DNA of 64,000 nt. Source: a virus. This document shows positions 47,436-58,129 of this stretch, piece by piece. The stretch covers positions 32,001 to 96,000 of the IMG/VR virus record IMGVR_UViG_3300017780_006957; one strand, 5' to 3'. Position numbers and translations under genes: made by a program. The notes under the pieces are model-generated. The model saw nothing but the letters and a program-made list of their open reading frames with translations. It ran no database searches and was not told the origin of the DNA. Numbering within the stretch: the first letter of the stretch is position 1; each line of letters opens with the position of its first letter.

Positions 47436-48509
47436 TTAAGCTTTTTGATCTAAAATAGGCTCAGTAAGCGTTTTAAATATAAAGTCTTTATTATCTTTGA
47501 AATATTTAATACTCATATATCTATCATAAGAATCGTAAAATTTATCAGATATATTGATAATCATATCAATTCTTTCTGAGCTATAGAGATAAACTTCTTT
47601 TAAATAATTAGTCATTAATTCTATTGCTTTTTTAATCAAACTTATTTTATAACATTTTTTATATAGACTAAGAGTATTTGAATTAAATTCAATTTTTAAA
47701 TTTGAGCAAAATTTTTCTAATAACACGTATTCAAGGTTTTCTGGAACTCCAAGTTCTATAAAAAGCTCGTTTAGATCAAAAAAACAATGAGAACTATAAC
47801 AATTATCAAAATTAATAAATTTAAATACGCCATTTCTAGAGATAATATTTTTTGCGCTTAAAGATCCATGACATATAAATGTCTTATCCTCGAAAGATTC
47901 ATCGTATAATACTAATAATTCATTTTTCATATCATCCATTATTTTTTTTAATAAATTAAAATTAGTATAATTTTTAATGGCATTAATACTGTCTTCCGTT
48001 AAAAGTTCAGAAATATTTGATGTCTGAAAGTATTCGGATATATTCTGTTTATATGATATATTAATTTTTTTAGAATCTTGCATTAAAGCGTATGTTTTAC
48101 AAAAACTATTGAAGTTTTCTAGCAAAAATGACCTTCCTAATTCTTCAAGAGATTCTGATTCCTCATATGAAGTAATAATATATCTTAAATCGTCTCCGAT
48201 TTTAATTGCTCCATCTTTTATATATTTAGGGCAAATTAAATTATTAATTTTATTTAAACAACTGGCTTCATGTTGTATTTTTTTGCAATCTTTATCAAGG
48301 GAGATTTTTATGCAATAAAATGAATCTCTATATGTATATCTATATACGTCATAATCTTCGGTTGTTTCTATAAATTTTATATCTATGGGGAAGATAGGTT
48401 CATCTAGTGAATTTAATAAGCATTTCACTAACTCTGTTTCGCTATCACTAGATTCGACATGAATAGGCAAAACATAAGCTTTATTTTTGAGTAAATTGCC
48501 AATAGACAT
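47436..48509 (-). CDS. aminoglycoside-phosphotransferase/choline-kinase-like protein, catalytic Asp residues substituted
   Basis: C.K, HEA..L, ICHGSL...NII, FINFD. Confidence 0.6.
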   Translation of the reverse strand: MSIGNLLKNKAYVLPIHVESSDSETELVKCLLNSLDEPIFPIDIKFIETTEDYDVYRYTYRDSFYCIKISLDKDCKKIQHEASCLNKINNLICPKYIKDGAIKIGDDLRYIITSYEESESLEELGRSFLLENFNSFCKTYALMQDSKKINISYKQNISEYFQTSNISELLTEDSINAIKNYTNFNLLKKIMDDMKNELLVLYDESFEDKTFICHGSLSAKNIISRNGVFKFINFDNCYSSHCFFDLNELFIELGVPENLEYVLLEKFCSNLKIEFNSNTLSLYKKCYKISLIKKAIELMTNYLKEVYLYSSERIDMIINISDKFYDSYDRYMSIKYFKDNKDFIFKTLTEPILDQKA

Positions 48510-48522
48510 TATTAGATAATAT

Positions 48523-48556
48523 AAAAAAGACTCTATTTTTCAATAGAGTCTTTTTT
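48523..48556. terminator. intrinsic terminator
   Basis: AAAAAAGACTCTATT...AATAGAGTCTTTTTT. Confidence 0.8.
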
Positions 48557-48576
48557 ATTGTTAATGATTATTTGAA

Positions 48577-48807
48577 TTAATAAGCCTTTCCGACAACTCG
48601 ACCAGAGATTGTTACCCCAATAATGCTTGACTTGGCAAGCTTTACGTTTGAGCGTGAATTACGATCATAGATCATAACATACGCTGGAGTTTCACTCTGA
48701 AACTGTGCATTAATTGCAGGACGGTTATTGGTGTAGAGTCCAAAGAAACGTCCTCGGCTATTGCGGATTTCATTGATTACGCTGTTTTGCTGTTTTGTGT
48801 TATTCAT
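48577..48807 (-). CDS. hypothetical protein
   Basis: own TTGACA-17-TAATAT promoter and terminator (monocistronic). Confidence 0.8.
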   Translation of the reverse strand: MNNTKQQNSVINEIRNSRGRFFGLYTNNRPAINAQFQSETPAYVMIYDRNSRSNVKLAKSSIIGVTISGRVVGKAY

Positions 48808-48818
48808 ATATAGTGATA

Positions 48819-51245
48819 TTAACCGATATTAATTGAGTTGTCAATGATTTTTACTGAGATTTGTGATTTTTTTGAATTTTGAATAATAAACTTCGAAATT
48901 GGCACTTGCAGTTTGTTGCGAACAAAATCTTTAATGCTTCTGGCGTGAAGTTTTTCTTTTTTTAATGAATTTAAAATGAATTCCGAGATGGCTTTATTAA
49001 AAGTCATTTTAATATTTTGTTGTTTGAGTTTATTTTGAATAGTTGAAATTTCAAAATTAATGATTGATTCGAATTCTTTATCTCCAAGTTCATTAAAAAC
49101 TAAAATATTATTAAGTCTTGCGACAAATTCTGGTTTCAAATATTTTTTTACTGAATCTTTGTATATTTCTTGAGCTGGGGGCGAGTCATTAATAAAACCC
49201 ATCGATACAGCTTCTTTTTTATCATGCCCAATATTACTAGTCAGGATGACGATTGATTTGGCGAATGATATTTTATTATTTAAATTATCATTGACATATC
49301 CTTCATCTAATAAATGAAGCAATAGATTGAGAATCTCAGGATCACATTTCTCTACCTCATCGAAGAGAACCACGCAATTGGGGTTGTTCCTTACAAATTC
49401 GGTTAAAAGCCCTCCTTGGTCAAATCCTACATAGCCAGCATTAGCGCCAATCAATTTACTGATGCCAGTTTTCTCTTGGTACTCGCTCATATTGATTTGG
49501 ATAAATGCTTTTTCATTACCATAAAAATGTTTGGCGATTTTTTTGGCTGTATAGGTTTTGCCTACACTGGTTGGGCCAACAAAAAATAAACTAGCTAATG
49601 GTTTGTCGTTATCATTAAGCCCGACTTTGGCGCAAGACAAAATATCAGTAATCTCTTCAATGTTTTTGGATTGACCAAAAACCTCTTTTTCTATATTGTT
49701 TTGAAAATTAGAAAATTCATTATTATTAACCGCAATTGAGCCTTCTGATAAACCAGTTTTTTCCGAAATAACTTTAATAACATCTGATAATTTAATTTTA
49801 AACCTTTTATTCTTAATTGTCTCATTAAATTCTCCAACACACAAAACATACTGCATTAAAAGATCTTCACAATATGCCTGTTCATCTATATCTTGATCTA
49901 CTTTAACATCATTTAATTTTTCGATTAGATATTTTTGCAAGTTTTTAATATCTTCTGGAAGTTGAAGGTTTTTAATTTTAACTTTAGCGCCAACTAAATC
50001 CATAATATCAAAGGCTTTATCTGGGAAGTTTTTATGAGGAATATATTTCTCACAAAGATTGACGATTGTATCGATAATTTGTGGAGTATAGCTTACATGG
50101 TGGAAGTCTTCATAATCGCTCACGCAATTTTTAATAATTTCCATAGTCTGTTCTTTGGGCGGTGCTTCGATTTTTACGGGATCAAATCTCCTTTTCATTG
50201 CCCCGTCTTTTTCAAAATATTTTTTATATTCTGCGTTGGTGGTCGCGCCAATACATTTAAAATTGCCTCTAGCTAATGCTGGTTTTAAAATATTTGCTGC
50301 ATCCAAAGAACCCTCTGAACTGCCAGTTCCTACAATATTGTGAATTTCATCAAAAAATAAAATAATATTTTCTTTTTCAGAAGCAGCCTCAATTAATTGT
50401 TTTAATTTTTCTTCGAAATCTCCCCTATAGCGAGTGCCAGCGACCATAGATGCCAAATCTACGCTATAAATACGAAGATCGAGTAAATTCGATGGGACAT
50501 CTTGAGAGATAATTCTTTGGGCTAACCCTTCAACAATCGCAGTCTTGCCAACCCCGCCTTCACCAATTAAAATTGCGTTACTTTTTATTTTTTTAGAAAG
50601 GATTTCGATGACTTCATTAATTTCTTTATCGCGTCCAGAGATAAAATTAAATTTACCGTCGATAGCCTCTTGATTTAAGAATGAACAATATAATTCTAAA
50701 GATTTATTTTTTTTCTTTTCACTAAATTTTGTTTGAGTAGTTTTTTCTTCTGTTGATTTTTCTGAAGTTTCGACTGGAGTATTTGAGAACGACTCTATGT
50801 GTTCTTTGACAACTTGTTTTAAACTATCAATATCAATTTTTTTAAATTTTAAAAATTCACATAAATTTTTTGAGTTTTCTAAAATAGAATAAAAAATATG
50901 TTCAATTCCAATATAATCATGCTCGTAAACTTCAGATAGTTTTTGAGCGTACGAGATCGTTTCTGCCGTTTCTTCGTGCCATGATTCAACAGAAAAATCG
51001 CTAATAAAATCTTTTGGATATTTTTTGAAATAACTCGACATTAAATGTTCACAATTAATTAGGGAAACATCAATATCATTAATTTCCAACATCATTGTTA
51101 AATCTTCAGATAGATTTTTAAAACAACCATAATATAGGTGGGTGTTATTGATTATATTGTGAGCATTTTCAACGGCAAATTCTTTTGCGTGTTTATAGGC
51201 TTTTTTTGCTCTTGGTGTCAAATTAAAATTATTGATTGCCATCAT
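48819..51245 (-). CDS. ClpA/B/C-family AAA+ chaperone
   Basis: Clp N-domain, [39 protein letters not shown]. Confidence 0.95.
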   Translation of the reverse strand: MMAINNFNLTPRAKKAYKHAKEFAVENAHNIINNTHLYYGCFKNLSEDLTMMLEINDIDVSLINCEHLMSSYFKKYPKDFISDFSVESWHEETAETISYAQKLSEVYEHDYIGIEHIFYSILENSKNLCEFLKFKKIDIDSLKQVVKEHIESFSNTPVETSEKSTEEKTTQTKFSEKKKNKSLELYCSFLNQEAIDGKFNFISGRDKEINEVIEILSKKIKSNAILIGEGGVGKTAIVEGLAQRIISQDVPSNLLDLRIYSVDLASMVAGTRYRGDFEEKLKQLIEAASEKENIILFFDEIHNIVGTGSSEGSLDAANILKPALARGNFKCIGATTNAEYKKYFEKDGAMKRRFDPVKIEAPPKEQTMEIIKNCVSDYEDFHHVSYTPQIIDTIVNLCEKYIPHKNFPDKAFDIMDLVGAKVKIKNLQLPEDIKNLQKYLIEKLNDVKVDQDIDEQAYCEDLLMQYVLCVGEFNETIKNKRFKIKLSDVIKVISEKTGLSEGSIAVNNNEFSNFQNNIEKEVFGQSKNIEEITDILSCAKVGLNDNDKPLASLFFVGPTSVGKTYTAKKIAKHFYGNEKAFIQINMSEYQEKTGISKLIGANAGYVGFDQGGLLTEFVRNNPNCVVLFDEVEKCDPEILNLLLHLLDEGYVNDNLNNKISFAKSIVILTSNIGHDKKEAVSMGFINDSPPAQEIYKDSVKKYLKPEFVARLNNILVFNELGDKEFESIINFEISTIQNKLKQQNIKMTFNKAISEFILNSLKKEKLHARSIKDFVRNKLQVPISKFIIQNSKKSQISVKIIDNSINIG

Positions 51246-51256
51246 ATTTTTTACAC

Positions 51257-53818
51257 TTATTTAAGTTGTGAAAGTTTCATATAGATTTTTTCTTTTAAGA
51301 TATTAATTTTTTCGATAAAGATAATATCATCGCCCTTTGTTCCGTAGATGATAACCATATCACCTTTGACGGGAAGCTTTTTACCAGAATTTACATACTC
51401 AGTCAATCTTTCTTTGTTCGCGCTATCCATAAATAAACCAGATACTGTTCCAAGCTCGTCTTGAAGATCGAGTCTAGCGTATTTATTTCCATTAGCACTC
51501 GTTCTTTTCGTTATGTCAGAAATAGTGCCAACAAATTTAATTTGACCTCTTGGCTCTGCCTGTTTGAGTTCTTGAGACGACATCAAACCACTGCCATCTT
51601 GATCTTTGAAAATTTGCCTAATATTATAAGAGTAACTATAACCCAAAAGTTCTGTTTCAAAAAACCAGTTAGCAAATTTAAAATGTTGCTTGTTCATTTC
51701 ATAAATACCCTTATATGGATCATACTTCTTTTTAAATGTCTCAAATCTTTTTGCAGTAAATAAAGGCTTGTTATCATCTGCTGGCAAAGAGTTAACATGA
51801 TAATCATGGATACATTTTAAAATATCAAAATTATATTTTGGACCAAGCTCAATCATGTTTCTTTTTTCACGGTCACTAAGGACATTGAAGGTTTGTGCTT
51901 CTAGCACTAATCTACAGCGGTCTTTTGCTACGAACGAATCAAGAAGCCCAGCTTGGATCAACGCTGAAAAACAACCAATATTTAAACCAGATTGTTTTGC
52001 GGACGAAAACGCTTCGTATTTATTGGCGAATGATTCTTCTCTGAATTCCAAAAGAGATTCCAAAGATTTGTCCGATACGCCTTTAATGCAGTTTAAACCA
52101 TAGCGGATATCCTTGCCCTCAATTTTAAAATCAATATCTGATTTGTTTAAATCGGGAGGAAGGAGCTTAATGTCAAAAAAAGATAGTTCTTGAGAGATTT
52201 TACGAATCTCATCTAAGGAGTCTGGCTCAAACCTAGCAAATTTCAACAAGCTCAAAAAGAATTCTTGAGGATAATTAAATTTAAGATAAACAGTGATAGC
52301 TGCCAAATTAGCATATGAAATAGAGTGGCTTTTATTAAAGCTATAATTAGCTGAATCTTCCGCAACTTTCCAAAGAACTTCTCCAATTTCAAAATCAAGA
52401 CTCTTTTCTGTAATTTTTTCTGCGATCTTATCTTTCCATGCTGCCATTTGATCAATCTTCTTTTTACCGACAATACGACGAAGCTGTTCTGATTCATCAA
52501 GAGAGAATCCGACCTTTACCGCCATCTTCATTAGCTGCTCTTGATATAAAGGGATGCCGCCTGTATAACTAAGCACATCATCAAAGAATGGATGAACGGA
52601 TTGGAAGTCTCCAGTTCTGACGTAATCTGCATAACGATCTTTGAAATCTAATGCTCCAGGTCTTGCAATAGCGACGACCGCAGAAAGCTCCTCTAAGCTT
52701 CGTGGAGCGATTAGCTTGCACACTTTGAAGTTGGTGTCGGCTTCGATCTGGAAGAGTCCTTGTGGCTGTTCTAAGCAAGCCAAAGCGGCGTAGATAGATG
52801 GGTGTTGAACATCGATATCATCAACGTTGATTCCAATATTTTTACATACAGCATGAACAACTGATAATGTGCGAAGACCAAGAATATCAAACTTAACACT
52901 AAGGCTTGCGACATCATTCATATCATAACCAGAAACCAAAGAATCATCATTAGTTTTTTGTAATGGCATGATATCTTCAACATCATAATAACTAATACAA
53001 ATACCTGATGGATGAACACCAGTATTCTTATTTAGACCTTCAAGTTTTTTTGCAATATCATAAGATTTAGGATATTGATCAGCATATTTTTTGAAAGTTT
53101 CACTCTCTTCGTATGCAATACCAAGCTTTGCGACTTTTCCGAATTTTTTTGGAATTGAATCGCTGATTTCATTAACTTGAGTTTCTGAAAGCTCATCAAC
53201 GATTTTGCCGCACTCTTTGATACAAAGCTTGCCGCTGAGTGTATTCAAAGTAAGAATTTTACAAGTCCTGCCTTTGTATTTTTGATTAATATAATCGATC
53301 ACTTCTGCACGTCGATCATAGGAAATATCATTATCTACGTCAGCAAGAAGTCCGCCATCAAGATAGGTTTCACCATTATGTTCGATCTTTCTCGCACGAC
53401 TTTTAGAAACAAATCGCTCAAAGAATAAATCGTATTGGATAGGATCAATATTAGTTACGCCAATAACATAAAGAACAAGTGATCCTGCCGCAGATCCACG
53501 ACCTGCCCCAGTAGGGATTCCATTCTCTTTGCAATAGTTAAGAATATCCCAGTTAAGAAGAATATAATCAATAAAGCCAAGATCCTCCAAAACAGAAAGT
53601 TCTTCTTTTAGGCGATCATAATATTTTTGGACATTATCTTTCTTATCAATTCCCCTGCCGATAAGACCTTTGTGACAGAGCCTACGAAGAAAGTTGAAAT
53701 TTGACTGATTTTCAGAACATCCTACGTAATCATAATATTTTTTTTCAATTTTGATTTGTGGCAGTTTTACTCCGACAGGAAATGGAGTTTCATATTTTTG
53801 ATAGTTAGAAAAATTCAT
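51257..53818 (-). CDS. dnaE: DNA polymerase III alpha subunit, core without N-terminal PHP
   Basis: GAGRGSAAGSLV, FERF, DVDND, HPSG, KFDILGL, YQEQ, YSFNKSH, C-terminal OB fold. Confidence 0.95.
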   Translation of the reverse strand: MNFSNYQKYETPFPVGVKLPQIKIEKKYYDYVGCSENQSNFNFLRRLCHKGLIGRGIDKKDNVQKYYDRLKEELSVLEDLGFIDYILLNWDILNYCKENGIPTGAGRGSAAGSLVLYVIGVTNIDPIQYDLFFERFVSKSRARKIEHNGETYLDGGLLADVDNDISYDRRAEVIDYINQKYKGRTCKILTLNTLSGKLCIKECGKIVDELSETQVNEISDSIPKKFGKVAKLGIAYEESETFKKYADQYPKSYDIAKKLEGLNKNTGVHPSGICISYYDVEDIMPLQKTNDDSLVSGYDMNDVASLSVKFDILGLRTLSVVHAVCKNIGINVDDIDVQHPSIYAALACLEQPQGLFQIEADTNFKVCKLIAPRSLEELSAVVAIARPGALDFKDRYADYVRTGDFQSVHPFFDDVLSYTGGIPLYQEQLMKMAVKVGFSLDESEQLRRIVGKKKIDQMAAWKDKIAEKITEKSLDFEIGEVLWKVAEDSANYSFNKSHSISYANLAAITVYLKFNYPQEFFLSLLKFARFEPDSLDEIRKISQELSFFDIKLLPPDLNKSDIDFKIEGKDIRYGLNCIKGVSDKSLESLLEFREESFANKYEAFSSAKQSGLNIGCFSALIQAGLLDSFVAKDRCRLVLEAQTFNVLSDREKRNMIELGPKYNFDILKCIHDYHVNSLPADDNKPLFTAKRFETFKKKYDPYKGIYEMNKQHFKFANWFFETELLGYSYSYNIRQIFKDQDGSGLMSSQELKQAEPRGQIKFVGTISDITKRTSANGNKYARLDLQDELGTVSGLFMDSANKERLTEYVNSGKKLPVKGDMVIIYGTKGDDIIFIEKINILKEKIYMKLSQLK

Positions 53819-54447
53819 AGTTCAATTTCAAATAATTGTTTTTTAAAGATCTTATAAGTCATTTCGCAGTCATAGATAGCGTCATGCAAGCGTTTCTCAT
53901 CAAAGGGGATTTCATATTTCTTCAACAAAGCCAACTGAGAAGCTTTGACCTTCTTATCTCTATGATTAAGAAGTCTATATTGCCAACTAATTAAATCATC
54001 TTTTTGCGCTGGAATCTGTTTCGCAATCGCCATTGCAAGACAACGAGTATCAATGATTCTATCGACAAACGAATAATCAGATTTTAATCCAATTAGCTTG
54101 CGCCAGATATTTAACATATAAACATCAAATCCTAAAATATTTTGTCCAATCAATTTATATTGTGGATCATAAAGGTATTTGCCAAATAGATTAAAAGCCT
54201 CTATAGGGTCTATGGCTTTTCTTTCATAATGCTCATAAGAAAAACCAGTTACCTTAGCCGCCCCTTCGGACACTTTGAGATCGCTCCATTTAATATAAAT
54301 ATCAAATTTTTCAAGAGTCTTTTCTCCTTGAGAGACAGTCCAAGCTATCTGCCAAGGTTTAGAATGCACAAGATTTAAACCTTCTGTTTCAAAATCCCAA
54401 GTGACGTATTTTTGTTGCTTATCAAATCTAAGTAAATCAGTTTGCAT
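53815..54447 (-). CDS. DEDDh 3'-5' exonuclease (DnaQ/epsilon-like)
   Basis: WDFETEG, QN..GFD, DT, HDA.YD. Confidence 0.9.
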   Translation of the reverse strand: MQTDLLRFDKQQKYVTWDFETEGLNLVHSKPWQIAWTVSQGEKTLEKFDIYIKWSDLKVSEGAAKVTGFSYEHYERKAIDPIEAFNLFGKYLYDPQYKLIGQNILGFDVYMLNIWRKLIGLKSDYSFVDRIIDTRCLAMAIAKQIPAQKDDLISWQYRLLNHRDKKVKASQLALLKKYEIPFDEKRLHDAIYDCEMTYKIFKKQLFEIEL

Positions 54448-55201
54448 TTTGTTCTAAGTAGCTTTCGAAGCAAAATTCATCGCTTCCAAAGTGATTAAGG
54501 TTTGGACTAGAAAGGGAAGATGCTTTTCCAAAACTTCGATTACAAAGAATCTTATAGGTTTGAAGTGCTGCATAATCTTTTTTGTCTTTATAATAAATAG
54601 ATTTTACTATTTTTGTCTTAAAGTCATATCCACCGCAAGTGAATTTATCAATATGTCTATCTATAATCATATCGAATGGCAGATTATTATTCTCTACAAA
54701 AAAAGATGGTTTAATCCTTGAGAAATCGGGAACGCAATTTGATAAATACATATGATTATTAAAAATAAATGAATCATAGAACGGAATTGCTAAATTAATA
54801 TTTTGTTTTTGCCAAATTGAATTTAGATATTTGAAGTCAACTCTATCATTACAGTTTAGTGCTGAGTGCGATGAAATCTTGTTGAGTAATCTACATCCAT
54901 CATCATTTTTTGCGAAGATAATAATTTTATGATTAGAAGTCACAGATTCATCTAATACATCATTACAGCATGTTATTCTTAGGCCGAAGATCAATTGGAT
55001 ATCATTATCCAAACAAGTATTATGCGCTTTGATGAAACCTGTCATGCGGTCCTCAACTAAAACAAGAGTTTTAATATTATTATCATTACAAATTGTAATG
55101 ATACTATCTGGTCCATCAGATTCTTCTGAATCATCTAAAGTCAAAATTGATTTCCCAATAGAAAAAGTACTTTTCCATATTGGTATAATATTATTGCTCA
55201 T
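54437..55201 (-). CDS. stand-alone PHP-like domain of DnaE
   Basis: S.FSIGKSIL, L.ED.M.GF, I.L.FGL, IIFAKN..G...L.KISS. Confidence 0.75.
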   Translation of the reverse strand: MSNNIIPIWKSTFSIGKSILTLDDSEESDGPDSIITICNDNNIKTLVLVEDRMTGFIKAHNTCLDNDIQLIFGLRITCCNDVLDESVTSNHKIIIFAKNDDGCRLLNKISSHSALNCNDRVDFKYLNSIWQKQNINLAIPFYDSFIFNNHMYLSNCVPDFSRIKPSFFVENNNLPFDMIIDRHIDKFTCGGYDFKTKIVKSIYYKDKKDYAALQTYKILCNRSFGKASSLSSPNLNHFGSDEFCFESYLEQNAN

Positions 55202-55280
55202 GATAATTTTTATCATTAATTTAAAATAATGTCAAATAGAAAAGCATCTAATCGAACTTTAATGTGTAAATATACCACAT

Positions 55281-56051
55281 ATGAAAAGATTTTCACAAGA
55301 AGAAAAAATATGGATTAAAGACAACTACAAGCACAAATCAATTAATGAAATGTGTTCTTTCTTAGAAAGAACCGAAGCTTCTGTAAAAGGATTTCTAAAT
55401 AAAAATAAATTAAAAAATAGCTTTGATTATTCTAGACCTAATAATATTGGATTAGAAAATGAAAAATTATGTTATCTTTTGGGATTTATTTGGGCAGATG
55501 GCTATATTAGTGAAAAAGGATATATAGAATTAACTATTTTAAATTCAGATGGACAACAAATATTACCCGTAATCCAATATATTGAAGGATTTAAAATTAG
55601 ATTAAATAATAGAAAAAATAAAAAAACTACTATATCTTTTATATCTAGAAATAAAGATTTTGTTTCTATGTTATTGAATTTAAAATTTAATAACAAAAGT
55701 TATTGCGAACCAACTGAACTTTTACAGATTATGCCAAAAAATAATCATTATCTTTTTTGGAGAGGTTTATTCGATGGTGATGGTTGTATTTATGATCAAA
55801 AGACTTCAGCTACAAAAGTATCAAAAAGAATAGAAATTTCAGGTCAATATGATTATCAATGGACAGAGCTTTCTAAATTATTAGAAAATCTTAATTGTTC
55901 TTTTTGTATAAAAAAGTCAGATACTCTTTATGGAAAAAATTCTTTGATTAAGATTTGGAGAAAGGCTGATGTCATAAAATTTAGTGAATATATTTACGCC
56001 GACGGAGGAATTAATGGGTGCTTAACTAGAAAAAAAATTAAGTTTTATTGA
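55281..56051 (+). CDS. LAGLIDADG-type homing endonuclease
   Basis: YLLGFIWADG and FWRGLFDGDG motifs; GTGTAA upstream. Confidence 0.85.
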   Translation: MKRFSQEEKIWIKDNYKHKSINEMCSFLERTEASVKGFLNKNKLKNSFDYSRPNNIGLENEKLCYLLGFIWADGYISEKGYIELTILNSDGQQILPVIQYIEGFKIRLNNRKNKKTTISFISRNKDFVSMLLNLKFNNKSYCEPTELLQIMPKNNHYLFWRGLFDGDGCIYDQKTSATKVSKRIEISGQYDYQWTELSKLLENLNCSFCIKKSDTLYGKNSLIKIWRKADVIKFSEYIYADGGINGCLTRKKIKFY

Positions 56052-57057
56052 AGCGGGGGCATCCTTCATAGTATTTCATTTCATGGCTTCCGCCCTCTGG
56101 AATCATCTCTTCAGAAAACTCTTCTTCTCTAATAGAGACAATAAATTCTTTATTTTTATCAAAAATATGATGATAGAAAAACGGAAGCTTAGAAGAGCAT
56201 TTCCACATAAGTGACCCATCTTTTTTAAGATGCCCTTCGTGATCAGCCCTACCACAAACTAGTTTGCCAGCAAATCCTTCGTCCTTTGCGGGATAACCTT
56301 TATCATAAGCGAAATTAGATTTAGCAGTATTCTCATCGAACTTGTTGATGGTTTCTTGAATTCCAGTAAGAAAGTATTCAAAGCCTTCAAGTTCATCATC
56401 TGAAAGCTGATCCATTTTTAAATGACCCTTACCTCTACAATCAAATTTAATAAATAAAAATTCAGAATTTCTCTTAATGTATTCTGGATACAAATACTTT
56501 ACTGCAAGACTATACATTAAATCTTGCATATTGTCTTTCGCTTCTTTACCCTCAAAGACTCCTTTGGATGTTTTGAAGTCTCTAATAAGAATTCTGCTTT
56601 GTTTCTTAAAAAGAAACAGCTTATCAATAAATCCTAAGATTCTATAATTCTTGCCATCTTGATTGATATTTAAATCAAATTTTTCTTCGCTGAGAGCTTG
56701 GGTTAGTCCCTTGTCTTCTTCTCCGAAGAAGTCAAAGTTTAATCCTTCTACTGTCATTGAATTAATTAGATCAATATTTTCTTGATCAGCAATATTGTAT
56801 TTTTTTGCATAAGCCATTACCATTCTTTTGATTGGCTTAGATACAAAAATATCTTGCGCTTTTATAATTGAATCATAATGATGCTTGTGTTTTGGGTTGC
56901 CTAGATTTTCAAAGATCGCGTGACAAATGCTGCCCCTTAAATTACCATGATTATTTTTATTAGGTAATTTAAGTTTATAGTTTGTCCAGTAAAGCCAACT
57001 ACAAGTTTGTAGCGTTTTGATTCTGGATGCTGATAGTGGAGTATTAGGCTCGGTCAT
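56038..57057 (-). CDS. PD-(D/E)XK RecB/Cas4-like exonuclease
   Basis: LSASRI...CS, G...H...E, GFIDK, RDFKTSK, Q...Y, C-terminal Cys. Confidence 0.85.
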   Translation of the reverse strand: MTEPNTPLSASRIKTLQTCSWLYWTNYKLKLPNKNNHGNLRGSICHAIFENLGNPKHKHHYDSIIKAQDIFVSKPIKRMVMAYAKKYNIADQENIDLINSMTVEGLNFDFFGEEDKGLTQALSEEKFDLNINQDGKNYRILGFIDKLFLFKKQSRILIRDFKTSKGVFEGKEAKDNMQDLMYSLAVKYLYPEYIKRNSEFLFIKFDCRGKGHLKMDQLSDDELEGFEYFLTGIQETINKFDENTAKSNFAYDKGYPAKDEGFAGKLVCGRADHEGHLKKDGSLMWKCSSKLPFFYHHIFDKNKEFIVSIREEEFSEEMIPEGGSHEMKYYEGCPRFNKT

Positions 57058-58129
57058 TACAAAGTTTTGAAAATTTAGTTACGTCTTTGGCGTTGAAAAA
57101 TGTAGGATTCTTTTCAATAAAGCTTAGAATAGCTTTGATTTGCTTATCTTTATCGATCTCTTGTGAGAGCCAGTCTTTAAGATTATACTCGCTTTCATGG
57201 GCAATTCCAAAATCATTATGAGGCTTTGGAGGAAGTTTAATGACTAGCTGATTAAGATCAAAGAATTTACTAAGATTCATAAAAATCTTAATAGATGAAA
57301 TAAGTCCATGATTCTTTTCGGACTCGGCATCATTGTTATTGGAAATAATGATTCGATTAATCTCTTTGCCGCTAAGATATGAAATGATTTTTGGATTGAT
57401 ACCAAGCCCAAAAGTGACTAGGGAGTTCTTAATTCCTTGATCGAATAACGCCATACTATCGCCAATGCTCTCCACAAGAATGACTTCTTTGGCTTGATCA
57501 ATATATTCATCTACTGTTGTAGGAGCTGGAACATATGCTGGATAAACCCAATTCTTTCTTTTGCCAAGATGCTTCCATTTAGCGAAATCATTTTCATTAT
57601 CTACTTTTCGCCCAGAGAATCCAATAATTTGTTTATTCTCATCATAGATCGGGAAAACCATTCTACGATACATCTGTCCTACGCCAGCAAGACCGACTTT
57701 GAAAAACTTTTGAGTAGTTTCTGAAATTGATTTATTTTTATAAAAATTATAATTTGGAAATAATCTTTCTAGTGCTGATTCTGGGTAAATTTTTTCCATT
57801 TCAATTAATTCTTTATTTTCTGTATAAACATATGTTTCACCTTTTTGAATTCCATCTAAGATTGTTTTTAATCTAGATCTATCATCTCTAAGAGTAAGCT
57901 GTATTAAGGCTTCTAAAGGTTTTGAGCCTTTGTTTTCAATATAGTCATTCCATACTCCTGTATTTTTATATATCTGAACTGCTGTTCTGTTATCACCATT
58001 TCTATAAATGGCGCTAGTTCTCCAGTGGTTTCCGCAATCAATAAGATTATAGCCTATTGACTCAAGAACTTCTTTGATCTTATTAGAATCTATCGAAATT
58101 GGGGATTTGGTCGTTGCTGTCTGTGTCAT
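57044..58129 (-). CDS. DNA primase (TOPRIM)
   Basis: RMVFPI.......GFSGR, KW, VILVES..D; start uncertain. Confidence 0.85.
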   Translation of the reverse strand: MTQTATTKSPISIDSNKIKEVLESIGYNLIDCGNHWRTSAIYRNGDNRTAVQIYKNTGVWNDYIENKGSKPLEALIQLTLRDDRSRLKTILDGIQKGETYVYTENKELIEMEKIYPESALERLFPNYNFYKNKSISETTQKFFKVGLAGVGQMYRRMVFPIYDENKQIIGFSGRKVDNENDFAKWKHLGKRKNWVYPAYVPAPTTVDEYIDQAKEVILVESIGDSMALFDQGIKNSLVTFGLGINPKIISYLSGKEINRIIISNNNDAESEKNHGLISSIKIFMNLSKFFDLNQLVIKLPPKPHNDFGIAHESEYNLKDWLSQEIDKDKQIKAILSFIEKNPTFFNAKDVTKFSKLCNDRA

